The translations under genes were made by a program, and so were the position numbers. This document shows positions 24,919 through 37,124 of a stretch of 64,000 nt of DNA, one piece after another. How positions within the stretch are numbered: the stretch's first letter is position 1; each line of letters begins with the position of its first letter. Source of the DNA: Carcharhinus amblyrhynchos (taxonomy: Eukaryota); NCBI GenBank assembly GCA_965287045.1, contig OZ336886.1, positions 40,052,001 to 40,116,000 of the forward strand. Reading direction: 5' to 3'. The notes under the pieces are model-generated. The model was not told where the DNA came from. It ran no database searches and saw only the letters and a program-made list of their open reading frames with translations.

Positions 24919-25907
24919 TAATGTGTTGGTACCAATTCAGTATCATTTAACTTAGGCTTCATGCTACCAGAAATTATACTGGCTAATGACCTGGTAACGT
25001 CATTGAGGGAACATTGCTGCCAGAACTAACTTCAGTCGTTTTCTCTGTAGAAACCTTTGTTTAGGTTTTGTTGTGGTCCACTGCCATCAATAGTAAACTC
25101 TGTGCCTGCAACTCTTCTTTCTTAACAGGCAGCTGTTAAATGAAAGCTATTACACAATGGTTGCTGATCCAGAAGTTTTTCCACCTCATCTCCAGGTTGA
25201 TCTAAATACCGTGCAATAGATTTTTCCATGAAATCTCTCCTATTCAGGCTCACCACCTACACCAATGCTATGGATGTTTCGTGAACAGAAGCAGTGCAAA
25301 CCAATGATAAGAATTCATATCCATCTCAATGTAAGAAGTTGTTAGTTATTATAAATGGAGAGATCTATACTAAATATGTTTTTCTTAGTGCTTTTAGTAC
25401 TCAAGTTCCTTCCCCATCTGTCCAAACATGTTAATATCAAAATGCTGCTAGTTATAATTTGCAGGGGAGTGTATCTACGACCACAGAATCTCATGCTAAG
25501 TGCCTCATTAATTATATTTGGAAATTGACAGTACAGAAGTGATCTTATAGAGTTAAGATACTCCAAATGCAAAATTTGTTCTTGGAAATTCCATTGATTG
25601 TGCTGGTTTAATCTCAATTGTATTCGTTTGTGAAATTGGTCTTTCTTTGCGGAACAACCTCAAATGTGAGTAGCTTGCTGCTAACTTGGAATATGATACA
25701 ATGAACTACTTTTCTAGTGATTGAATGTGACATTTTAGACCAATTTAAGAGAAGTCTAGTGGTCAAAATGAACAGAGATAATAGTTTAACTTTTCAAATG
25801 CAGCATTATGTAATAGTGCCAGAATTGTCTTTTGCAAAGATTGCGAAAGGCATGGGAAATTAGTTCATGCTCAAGAAAATATTTCTTCCTTTTAGTTTAA
25901 TATTTCT

Positions 25908-26210
25908 TTAGCACTGCTGCCTCACAGCACCAGGGACCTGGGTTCAACTCCTGACTTGGGTCACTGTCTGTGTGGAGTTTGCACATTCTCCCCGTGTCTG
26001 CGTGGGTTTCCTCCGGGTGCTCCGGTTTCCTTCCACAGTCCAAAGATGTGTGGGTTAGGTGAACTGGCTGTGTTAAGTTGACCCTGGTGTCAGGGGGACT
26101 AGTTAGGGTGAATGCATGGGGTTATGAGGATAGGACCTAGGTGGAATTGTAGCTGGTGTAGACTTGATGGGCAGAATGGCTTTCTTCTGCACCGTAGGAT
26201 TCTATGATTT
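25908..26210 (+). mobile_element. HE1/V-SINE, CR1-type tail
   Basis: ttagcactgctgcctcacagcaccagggacctgggttcaactcc...ttctgcaccgtaggattctatgatt. Confidence 0.9.
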
Positions 26211-26930
26211 GATTTAGAATTAATGTTAATAAGTTTTGGTTTGTTTTGCTCTCATTTAATTTTAGAATGACTGAAGTTGGACCAAATTTAATCAGTTAGT
26301 TGTGATTTTTGTAAGGCTTTGGTAATATGACACAATATTCCTGACGTTTTTCGCTAACAATGTACCTGTCACAACATTGCTGACGCACATTGGCACAAAT
26401 CCTGTGTTGTGACTGGCTGATGATTAAACGAGGTCAAAATGCTGACCCTGGTAAAAGTCATTTCCGTCATGTGCAATGATATTCTCAATGAACAGCAGCA
26501 GAGATTACACTGTTATGTTATGAAAGTGGCTAATGACATATTATTACAAATAATGTCAAAGATTGAAGATGTTATTACAAAGAAAAAAGAAGCAACAAGA
26601 AAACGTACTTCAGCAATGCTACTGAATTTGTGAAGATTTAATTTTTGCATGCTCCTATTCCAGTCACTGAATATTAATGGTGGCATTTCTCAGACAGAAC
26701 ATACTGGAAATCTAGTTCTAATGTTAAGGTATTGGAAATGTGGGCCGTACCAGCATCAATACATCATTGTAAACAGTGAAACAGCATCTGATCCTGACAG
26801 GCAGTAAGACAATTTGCCAGAATTTACAAGCACAACTAACAAGATATTGTGCTGGAGACCTCTTTCCCCAATTCCCAGATCAGAGTTTGCCACAGTTGAA
26901 GAATAAGTTACAGGCTGAACTCAATAGAGA

Positions 26931-27873
26931 GGCCGGAATTTTTCATCTGTCAGACACACACAAAACGTGCTCCTGGCCATGGCCAACCTTGGAACAAAAT
27001 TTCACACCGACTGGTCAATTAATGGGCAGCTGGTGTGAACCGTGCGCTGGGAAAGGCTTGGTGCTGTTGGGGGGTGCGGAAAAAGGGCAGGCACGGCGAG
27101 CTGGCACTTCTGATGTGATCTCTCAGTTGCTGCAGAGGTGTCTCAGGGAGTTGCAGACCTCTAAAAAATTAAATTACGATGGAAAAGTTACGTAAAGGGT
27201 GTCCGGGCAGCAAATCCAAACACAAACCTCAGTCCCCAGATACTTGTTAAAATTTGATTTAAGCTCGGACATTTCAGCCCATCCTGCATCGAGTTTGAAG
27301 CCAGAAAAGTAAAGGCTGTCTGGCCTATCAGCCCACTTGCCCACTGACTGTAAAGGTAAACGAACCACATAAAATCGCGTTCAATTGGCCCCTCAATGGG
27401 CTAAATGGCCTGCTTGATTGTCAGTGGGTGCGCCTCTGACTATCTCATGCATCCGCTGACCAGAATATTGCTTGTGTGTTCAGTGACTTCAGGATATGTG
27501 CTTGACGTCTTGCGCGATTTAATTTTTTTTCTTCATTGTGGAACACAGACGTCGCTGCCCGGCTAGTATTTATTGCCCATTCCCTACTTGCCCTTGGAGG
27601 GCAGTTCAGAGTCAACCATATTGCTGTGGGTCTGGAGTCAAATGTAGGCCATACTGGGTAACCACGGCAGATTTCCTTCCCTAAAGTGAATCAGATGGAT
27701 TCTTCTGACAATCCTGCCGTGGCAGGATTTGAACCCGGCTCCCTAGAACATTAGCTGACTACTTTCTGGATTAATAATCTAGCGATAATATCACTAGGCC
27801 ACTGCCTCTCCCTTTAGTTTAATTTGCTTCCAAGCAGGGTGTGTGCTCACCTGAGAAACTTAAAATTCTGGCC
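26931..27873. mobile_element. Harbinger-type MITE with AGA TSD, containing a Meta-SINE
   Basis: TIRs ggccggaatttt / aaaattctggcc; aga at 26928-26930 and 27874-27876. Confidence 0.85.
27522..27812 (-). mobile_element. Meta-domain-type SINE
   Basis: tttattgccc...gagtcaaccatattgctgtgggtctggagtca...ggcagatttccttccctaaag...ggatttgaaccc. Confidence 0.8.
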
Positions 27874-28957
27874 AGAACTTCAAAGGCTATGACGCAAAGA
27901 ACGTATAGTAAAAATAGAGAAATATTAACCATAGAGATAAATTACAATTGAAAATCTCAGTAGACAATAATTTATCAGCCCTCTGAAGTGGAATCCTCAT
28001 GGACAGAACTGCCAAAGAAAGCAGATAAGCATGTGCATTATTTCATGATTTTGTCCATGTTAATCTAAATAAAAATTATTTAACACACTCGTATCAAACC
28101 ATCATCAGGCCTTGCCGGGACTATGCACGGCAAATTTGGCATTTTTGGTTAAACAGATGAAAACAAAGGAACTGGAGGAAATTCAGTAAAGGGTGGTGAC
28201 AATAACAGTGAAATCGAATTACCCAACAGTGTTAGCAAAGCATACTTTGTACAGTCTGACAACAAAGCGGGAAGGTCTGTGCAATTTTTTTTTCCCAAGG
28301 AACGAGTAAATCTTGACCATAGGCTACACCACTTATTAGCGGAATGAACAAACTATGGTTATAATCAGAGGAAATCTAGGAAATGGAAAACCCCTTTAGC
28401 AACTACTAAAAGACTCCAAAGCTGCTTAATTCCACGGTGTCTGAGACCATTTCAATCATGCTGATTCGTGATTAACTCATTCGCTTTCTAATGAAAATAA
28501 ATCCATCAGATTTTAGTTAAAGGTTCGGTGCATGATTTTCTCATTACCTATTCAGTACTTGCTTTCCTCTTTGAGTGTCCCACCCAGTGGGCTGCTGCAC
28601 AATATTAAAGCAAAGGTTATATCAGCTTCATGAATTATTGCAGATTGTACGAATCTGTGTTTGTATTGCACATTTATATCTTTTAATTAATGTCATTATC
28701 ACAGGTTTAGTATGAGGTCCAATTTGGGTTGTCAAGGAGGGACAGAATACATGTACAGAGTTAGAACAGACAACCCATGTCATTCTAGCCCTCTTCGCAG
28801 GCGTCAGTGGGGATCAGACGAAACTGAAGATTACCAACAGGCCTGTTGCTCATCCTCGGGGCAAAGGTTAAAACTGCGAGGGGAGAAATTAAAGAAGGGT
28901 CCAAACATAGCTTCAAAAATTGTCAGTATCATGTACTAAAACTAACGAGTATGCTAT

Positions 28958-29280
28958 GGACTGCATGGTGGCACAGTGGTTAGCACTGCTGCCTCTCAGC
29001 ACCAGGAACCTGAGTTCAATTCTGGCCTTGGGCGACTGTCTATGTGGAGTTTGCATGTTCTCCCTATGTCTACATAGGTTTCCCCCAGGGGTACTGGTTT
29101 CCTCCCACAATCCAAAGATGTGTGGGTTAGGTGAATTGGCCATGCCAAATTCCCCCTTAGGGTCAGGAGGATCAGCAGGGTAAATATGTGGGACTATGGG
29201 GATAGGGGCTGGTGGGATTGTTGTCAGTTCAATGGGCCAAATGGCCTCCTTCTGCACTGTAGGGTTTCTATGATTCGATG
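28958..29280 (+). mobile_element. HE1/V-SINE, CR1-type tail
   Basis: Full head, V core (ggttaggtgaattggccatgccaaattcccc) and tail. Confidence 0.9.
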
Positions 29281-30124
29281 AAATGCAAGCATTTGTTCCA
29301 GATCGAACAACTGCAGTTTTTGCAAATTTTTGTATAGTATGAAGCTATAATATAAAGAAATATAATATAACTTTGTCCTGCTCTGAGCAACATGAATGAT
29401 ACAGACAGGAATATTCCTGCCCTTTGTTGTATTGGCTCAATTAATGAGTGTTAAGTGTTGATTTTGCGGCTGCATCTGATTAAGAACAATGATGACCTGC
29501 ATTTATAAAGTACTTTTAACCTAGCAAAGCACATCAAGGTGTTTCACTGGGGCCCAGGAGAGTGCCCTTCAAGGACTTTCAGGCAAATATCTGCTGAGCT
29601 ACTGTCAACCCAGCTTACAATTCTATCTACTTCTTCCAATATTTTTTGTGCGACACCTTTTGGGAAAAATGTAAATGATCTTTGACTCCTTTACTGCCAC
29701 TGTCCATGACGCGCCAATTTGATGTAGAATATCTTCATTTATCTATCTTGTATTTATTGATCTGTGATTTTAACCCAATGATTTTTGAGTTCCCATGCCT
29801 TCCAAGATCTTTAATAATCAAAATACTTCCACATATATTTTATAGCCATACCTTTACATATTTCTGTGTTTTCCATGGCGATATATTGATACACTTGTTT
29901 AAATCTGTTGATATTTGTAATACAAAATAAACAGAACTATTGAATAATATTGGCTTAAAAGATTCAGAATTCCCACTGCTAAAAACCCAATATTTGAATT
30001 GTTGCAAGTTTCAGATTGCTGTCTGAATCCCAACATTGTAACATTGTTTAAATATGAAATCATATTATCATTAACTTTGGACATACTCATGTTCCTTGAG
30101 TTTTGTGAGCTGCAAGTTGCAATG

Positions 30125-30500
30125 ACAATTAAGATCTTGAGGAGTACTGACAGGATGGATGTGGAGAAGATGTTTCCTCTTCTCGGAGAATCTAGTTCTG
30201 GGGGGTCAGTGTTTAAAAATAAGGGGGTGCTCATTTAAGAGAGATGAAGAGAAATTTTTTCTCTTCTTCAGGTCTTGAGTCTTTGGAACTCTCTTCCTCA
30301 AAAGGCACTTGGAAGCAGAATGTTTGAATATTTTTAAAGCAGAGCTAGATAGAATCTGGGTTAACAAGGTGGGGGGAGGAATGAAAGGTTATCAGGGGTA
30401 GGCAGGAATGTGGGGTTGAGGTTACAATCACATCAGCCATAACCTTATTGAATGGCGGAGCAGGCTCGATGGGCCGAGTGGCCTATTTCTGCTCATAATT
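30125..30500 (+). mobile_element. CR1 3' fragment
   Basis: KILRSTDRMDVEKMFPLLGES C-terminal CR1 ORF2 motif and 3' UTR gaatggcggagcaggctcgatgggccgagtggcct. Confidence 0.8.
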
Positions 30501-31396
30501 CATATGTTTGTCACACTATGGCAACGTGGAAATGTGTTTTCAATGGGCTAAGTTCTGAAAATGCACGACAGTGTAGTCCAATGCTGGTAAAACATATCAT
30601 AAACGTATATAGCACACAAGGAGGTCAGTCAGAGGTCAGTCAATAGAAGGCTGTAATAGACAGCAATTAATTGCCTGTTTGCTGCATTAGCACAGGAGTG
30701 TTGCTAGCTATTTGTCGGATTGGTCACCTGAATACTGATTGTCAGTAGCTGTGCTCAGAATCAGTGCAGTAGATTATTCCTACAAGGAAAAGGTTTCACA
30801 AGTTAAATGCTTTAAATCTTAAGGTGCTTCTCAATCAGCTGTTGGTACCCTGAATTTGGCAAAAAGAAAATATGTTTTGCTTGTTTTTCAACTCTGGTAA
30901 TGTGTACCAAAACAAAGAAACATTTGCTACCTGACAGACACTGCACCAATGTAGTTCTCACCATCTGTGCAGTTCAGAATTGTGCCATCAGCCTCTCCAC
31001 AAAAGCTTATAATCCTTTCATTAAATGCTATTTTCAGAGTGATTATGAAAATACATATCTGAGCAAAAGGCCTCTAAATATAATTGTATTTGTTCCTTTT
31101 GCAGATAAAAATGGATACATGTTTGGACTAAGTAGCATAGGGCACAATACCGATCATGAATTCTCCTATTTTGTACCTTGCTATTGCTGATCAAGTGTCA
31201 TGTTTCACCTCAAAATACTTAGCATTCACACATAATTTGTCGTATGATGAATGCATACAGAATTACATTACCATGGAAACTGAATGAAAAACATTCGTAT
31301 ACTTGCCATTGCAAGTGTTGTACCTAATTTCTTTATACTCTTAAGACTATAAAGGAATTCATACCTCAAACCTGGAATCTTAGACTTACCACAATA

Positions 31397-31597
31397 AAGT
31401 TTAAGTTTATTTATAATCACAAGTAAGGCTTACATTAACACTACAATGAAGTTACTGTGAAATTCCTCTAGTCACCACACTTCAGTGCCTGTTTGGGTCA
31501 ATGCATCTAATTAGCACGTCTTTCAGACTGTGGGAGGAAACCAGAGCACCCGGAGGAAACCCATGCAGATACAGGGAGAATGTGCAAACTCTACACA
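31397..31597 (-). mobile_element. 5'-truncated V-SINE, alternative tail
   Basis: gaagttactgtgaaattcctctagtcaccacac tail plus core. Confidence 0.8.
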
Positions 31598-31609
31598 AGT
31601 TCACTGTGA

Positions 31610-32800
31610 TGCAAAGCCAGGTGGAAATGTAAGTTGTGAGAACACAGAGGAACTTATGAAAATCAAGACAAGTCAATTGAGTGGGCATCAAGATGGTAGA
31701 TAGAATACATTGTGAGAAAATGTGAGGATATTTACTTGGTGGCAAGAATAGAAAAGCAGAATATTTATATGAAGTTTAAAACAATAAATGTGGATGTTCA
31801 CAGAGACTGAGGTGTGGTCAAACACAAAACATAGAAACATATCATTCTTTTCGGTGGGATTCTGACTTAGAGGTGTTCAGTCATCCCACAGATGGTAGCT
31901 TTGCACCATTGGCTCCTCAGCCAAGCACAAAGTACATTCAAGGGTATGCACATTAGGTGGATTGGCCAGACTAATTTGCTCCTGGGTGTGTAGATTAGGG
32001 GGAATTAGTTGGGTAATTATGTGGGGTTACAGGGAATGGCCTGGGTGGGATTCTGGGAGAGTCAGTGAACACTTGATGGGCTGAATGGCCACTTTCTGCA
32101 TTGTAGAGATTCTTTGACTCAAGGCTGGGATAAACAAAAGTTTGGCTTCTCAGGGAATCAAGTGATTTTGGAGAATGGACAGAAACTGGAGCCAATAATC
32201 AATCTAAATCATATTGAATGGCAGAGCAGGCTCAGTAGGCTGTACGGTCTATTCTCATCTCTTGTGTCTCTCATCTTAGAGGCAGAAGTGTAAGTGCCGT
32301 TCCAGGATAAGCAAATGTTGTAATGTCAGAAGTCCTGTTCTTTTGGATGAGCTTTTATAAGTTCATAAAATATAGGAGCAGAATTAGGCCATTTGGTCCA
32401 TTGAGTTCACTCCGCCATTCAATCATGACTGATATGCTCCTCATCTCCATAATCCTTTAACCTATTACCAATTAAAATTCTGCCTAACTGTTCCTTAAAT
32501 TTACTCACTGTTCTAGCATCCAGCACACTTTGGGGTAGCAAATTCCACCGATTCACAACCCTTTGGGAGAAGTAGTTTCTCCTCAACTCTGTTTAAAATT
32601 TGCTACCCCTTATCCTAAGACTATGATCTCTCATCCTATAATGCCCCACCTGAGGAAGCATTTGCTCCATACCTACTTTATCCGTATCTTTTATCATCTT
32701 GTATACCTCAATTTGACTTCCCCTCATTTTTTTAAATTCGGAGAGTATAGGCCTAAAGTGTTCAGTATCTCTTTATACGATGAACTCTTCATTTCTGGAA
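31610..32800. mobile_element. Cluster of CR1 fragments (+31610-31830, +32120-32265, -32357-32800) and a V-SINE 3' part (+31945-32117)
   Basis: CR1 motifs (aaatgtgaggata..tttacttggtggcaagaatagaaaagcagaata; cataaaatataggagcagaattaggccatt) and V-domain ttaggtggattggcc. Confidence 0.7.
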
Positions 32801-32852
32801 GCAAACAGATTTATGTGGTTGTTAAAAATCCCATGGTACTTTTTGAAATAGT

Positions 32853-34106
32853 GGACTGAATTTTCAAAACACTGTCAGGAACATGACACCCAGATGAATT
32901 GTGGGTCCAGACCTCATTCCTCAACCACATTGCTCTCGTGAGGCTATTTTTAATGCAAATATCCTAACTGGGCTGGAGGTGATCTTGCCACCCAATTAGT
33001 TGCAGCAACCATCTCTTTGGGGGGGGTGGGGGGTGGTCTGCCTCATATCAGCAGTGATGGCAGGCACCAGCAACTGCTCCACCAATGAGGTCAGCTCATC
33101 AAATGGTCAGACTATTAAATACTTGAGAATGATTCATGGCATGCGGACATCACTGGCAAGGCCTGCATTTTCTGCACATCTCTAATTACCTTCGAGAAGT
33201 TGGTGACGAACTGCCTTCTGGTATCACTACAATCCCTGTGACATAGATACATTGTAAGAAGTCTCACAACACCAGGTTGAAGTCCAACAGGTTTACTTGG
33301 TAGTAAACGCCACTAGCTTTCGGAGCGCTGCTCCTTTGTCAGATGAGCCAAATAAACCTGTTGGACTTTAACCTGGTGTTGTGAGTCTTCTGTTTACCCC
33401 AGTCCAATGCCGGCATCTCCACATCATGATATAGATACAGCCGCAGTGCTGTTAGGGATATATTTTAGGATTTTGACACAGCAACAATAAAGGATTGGTG
33501 ATATATTTTCCAAGTCAAGATGTTGAGTGGCTGGGAGGGCAACTTTCATGTGCTCCTTCTAGATGGTAGTGGCTGTGGGTTTGGAAGGTGCTGTCTGAGG
33601 AGTCTTGGGTGAGTTCCTGTTGTGTGTCTTGTAGGTGGGACACACTTCTGTCACTGTACATCAGTACTGGAGGCAGTGAATGTTTGTGGATGGGTTACAG
33701 ATCAACCAGACTGATTTGTCCTGGGTGTGTCGAGATTCTTGAGTTTTATTGGAGCTGCATTCATCCAGGCAAGTGTACCATTCTCTGGGGTCAACAACAT
33801 AAACATTAAAAGTTACATTCCCAGCTGCCCCTGCCCCTCAATAAGCTTCTAAGGGAGCTTAATAGGCCATTAATTGACAGTGAGAGTGTTCCCTATTCTC
33901 TCCACCCCAGCAGCACAATGAAATTTTCAAACTGTCTTAGAGGTTTTGGGATCCCAAACCACCACCTACCCTTCTCAAGGGTGATTAGGGATGTGCGATA
34001 AATGGCCTGGCCAGCGATGCCCACACTCTTAAAAAGAAAAACTCCAGGACCTTGATTTTCAAACTGTGACAGCAGTGGATCCCACTCGCATTTGAAGATC
34101 CGGCTC
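32853..34106. mobile_element. Harbinger-type MITE with nested LINE 3' fragment (~33130-33775, -) and Penelope palindrome
   Basis: Ends ggactgaattttcaaa / tttgaagatccggctc; the internal LINE piece matches 5800-6290. Confidence 0.6.
33252..33426. mobile_element. Penelope-derived inverted-repeat mini-element with hammerhead motif (-, 33311-33345)
   Basis: Inverted arms ctcacaacaccaggtt..gtccaacaggttt / aaacctgttggactttaacctggtgttgtgag; 13-bp TSD tgacatagataca/tgatatagataca; same terminus as 42470-42552. Confidence 0.8.
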
Positions 34107-36709
34107 AACGTCTGTAGGTGTCCAAGTGAAATATACTAATTCAGGAAATTAACCTATAATCTAAGAAGGTGATTACCTTGGAAAGAACAACCTACCAGTT
34201 TAGTTACATGTAAAATGAGGTTAGCTCCTCAATTATTGGTTACTACTGGCCCTTCTATTGCAAATTTTGCATATACTGTAGACAGTTGCAGAAATGTTTT
34301 ATATGATTTGTTATATTAACAAATAGCCCTGACATTGGTTAACAGGAATCTTGAATTGTAACTTGGTGAAATAAACGCAATGTCATGTTTTATAATTTCG
34401 TACATTTCTGCTCACGGTCTTAGAATGTGGCAAAAAACAGAACCAGGTGTACAATAAGATGTGCTTCACTTGTCATTATTCAGTGTAAGCAGGGGGGATT
34501 GTTTGAAGAAAATGTCAGAAAGGTGTCTGTGACTAGAGACACATCATCCCTGAAATAAGACCCTCTGCACTTTTTAGTCAATTGAATTGTTAATAATTTC
34601 TACAAGTTTCAAACAGATCTGTGTTGTTTTCTTCAACAGTTAAATGTCTTGTGCTAGAAATTTGCTGTTTTGTGCTGTTTGACCATTTATCCTATATGTT
34701 AATTTCTAACAAAACCATTTGTGCTGCAAACTTTTATAAAATTGCCTTCTGACCAGATGATCAACACAGTATCATATGCATGACTTGTCAACATAAAATA
34801 GTTGAATCAAGGGTTGTAATTGTCATGCAATCATGTTCATTATGTTTAGAGATGAGACATGCCAGCACTGGCAACAAGGTTGAAAAATGTTCCCACAGTA
34901 AGAAAACCATTCTTACAGGTTTTGTAGGAGAAATACAAAGGTTGATGTACAATTCACAAATTGCTTCATTTTTTTTGACTTCTTAGCCCCATGCATGGCT
35001 AAGAAAACCAGTTCTAAGCTATACATTGATATGGAGGCTGAGTTAATGAGGAATGATGTAGTTGAACCCTTCTATGGGAATACAAAAGTGCACCAATGGT
35101 TATACCTGGTGCACATTATGTGAACATTAAAAATATACCCTCACTTTGGAAGTGTAAATAAGAAAAGATATAATGTGACATAACTTGTTCTAAAGGGCCT
35201 TTAAAATTTCATTTGAAATCACTGTAGGAGTATGCCTCCATTTTCGGGAATTGTATAACAGATTTACTGCAGTTTCCAGTTGTGAATATAAATTATTGTT
35301 CACTTTCTATGATAATTCAGTAAGCTGTCAGCATTTTAAAAGCAATGCAGCCCTGTGCTGACATGCCAGAAATGGCCCGAGGTGTACTTAAAAGTACATA
35401 ATTCCAACATGTAATTCACCAGGCTGCATTCAAAACTGCAATTTTCAAAAGCTATTGGCATAACATCATAATATTAAATTCGTTAACAAGTTGTCTCAGC
35501 CTGAAGTACCTGAGACAGTAAATCTGCAGAACAACATTTGTTCTCAAATGCAGCAATCAACCCACATGATGTTTGTGATACTGTCACTACCATCGCATCT
35601 ATTCAACAAACTCAACAATTTTAGCAGTAATATTGGTACTTTAATTTCTCTGTACACCTCAACGTGAATAATGTGTTCAGAACATTTGATATACACACTA
35701 CTAATGAGAACAGGTGTTCTTCTTAAATAGTAGTCAGAGTTGTTACTAAGAAATGTGTAGTACGTATGCTGCAATTTTCACACAGTTAAAGAGACAATTA
35801 TTCTGATCTTTGTTATATGTCCTGGGGTCTGTCCCCTTAAACTTTAATGTTATCTTTATGTGGCTTAAAAATCTTATGTCAAACCATTTTTTGAGAGTTC
35901 TTCCAAGAACGTAATTTAAAAAGTAAACTTAACCAACCCAAGAATCATTATTTGCAAGTTTGAACTACATACCAATTAAGCTCTAATCACTTCTTAGCCT
36001 AGCTTCAACAGGTAAAGTCTACTTTGTCCTTGACTAATAATTATGAAGTTGCATTGCAACATCTCTTTTTCACTAACTTCTTTCACATTTATGTGACCAT
36101 TAATAAAGGAAACAGCAACCAAATTCCAGAAGAGCATTGTGGTTTTATGTGGCTGTCCCTTGAACAGAATACACTGCCCTGTAGAGGAAAGGAAGGATCA
36201 ACGAGACTTCCTAATATTAAGATTACCAGGTCTTTTATCATCTGGAAAAACGGTACGTGTAATCCTTTCAAGCAGATCCCCTCAACAGAAAGCATTTATC
36301 TGAAACCTTTTCATCCCATTTTCTCCCATTCTAAATTGCCTGCAGGTGGCTTGCAAGCAGACACCTTCCTCTGCGAAGTGACAATCCCAATACATATTGC
36401 CACCAAAGCTGATATCTGATAACCAACAAGGCGGCTACATTATTTCTGCAGAGTGGCTGCAGCAAGTGAGAGTATTTCTCTCCTTTTTTCTACTCCCAAG
36501 TCGGGCAGTCTCAAATTGGATGGCAAAACACTCAAATTTAAAGTTCAGAGTCAAGTGTTCCCATCATCAAAATTTCACAAGCTTAAGCAATTAGAAAACT
36601 GGTTGGATTGACAATCATAGTCGTCACTGACTATGTTGCATCTAAGCTGCACGGGAGTGCAGCCACGCATCAATGCAGAATATACCGTGCAAGCAACAAG
36701 CAGTCTTCC

Positions 36710-37056
36710 TTTTATTCATTCATGGGACATGGACATCGCTGATTGCCCAACATTTATTGCCCATCCATAGTTGCCCAAGTTGAGAGTCAACCACATTGCT
36801 GTGGCTCTGGAATCACATGTAGGCCAGACCAGGTAAGGATGGCAGATTTCCTTCCCTAAAGGACATCAGTGAACCAGATGGGTTTTTCCCACAATCGACA
36901 ATGGTTTCATGGTCATCAGTAGATTCTTAATTCCAGATAATTTTTACTGAATTCAAATTCTACCACCTGCTGTAGCGGGATTCGAACCCCAGAACATTAG
37001 CTCTGAGTTTCTGGATTAATAGTCTAGTGATAAAACCACTAAGCCATTGTCTTCCC
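36710..37056 (-). mobile_element. Meta-domain-type SINE, near full length
   Basis: Reverse complement of the 16618-16968 family, well preserved core. Confidence 0.85.
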
Positions 37057-37124
37057 AAGTCTGCATGCAACCAAGAGTTCCTTTAAGATGCACACATATG
37101 CCTCCATGGAGAAATTTTGAAGGA

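Larger units (their letters stand above)
26290..28450 (+). mobile_element. Ancient, heavily decayed non-LTR retrotransposon RT region, split by a MITE
   Basis: CDFCKAL (DFSKAF-like, ~26303), LKWNPH (~27985), YQTIIRPCRDYA..IW, LEEIQ, DHRLHHLL, TKRLQSCLIP; many stops. Confidence 0.6.

Noticed and set aside
36168-36251. Possible plus-strand exon IHCPVEERKDQRDFLILRLPGLLSSGKT
   Set aside because: No recognisable family; the next acceptor leads to a stop in the matching frame.
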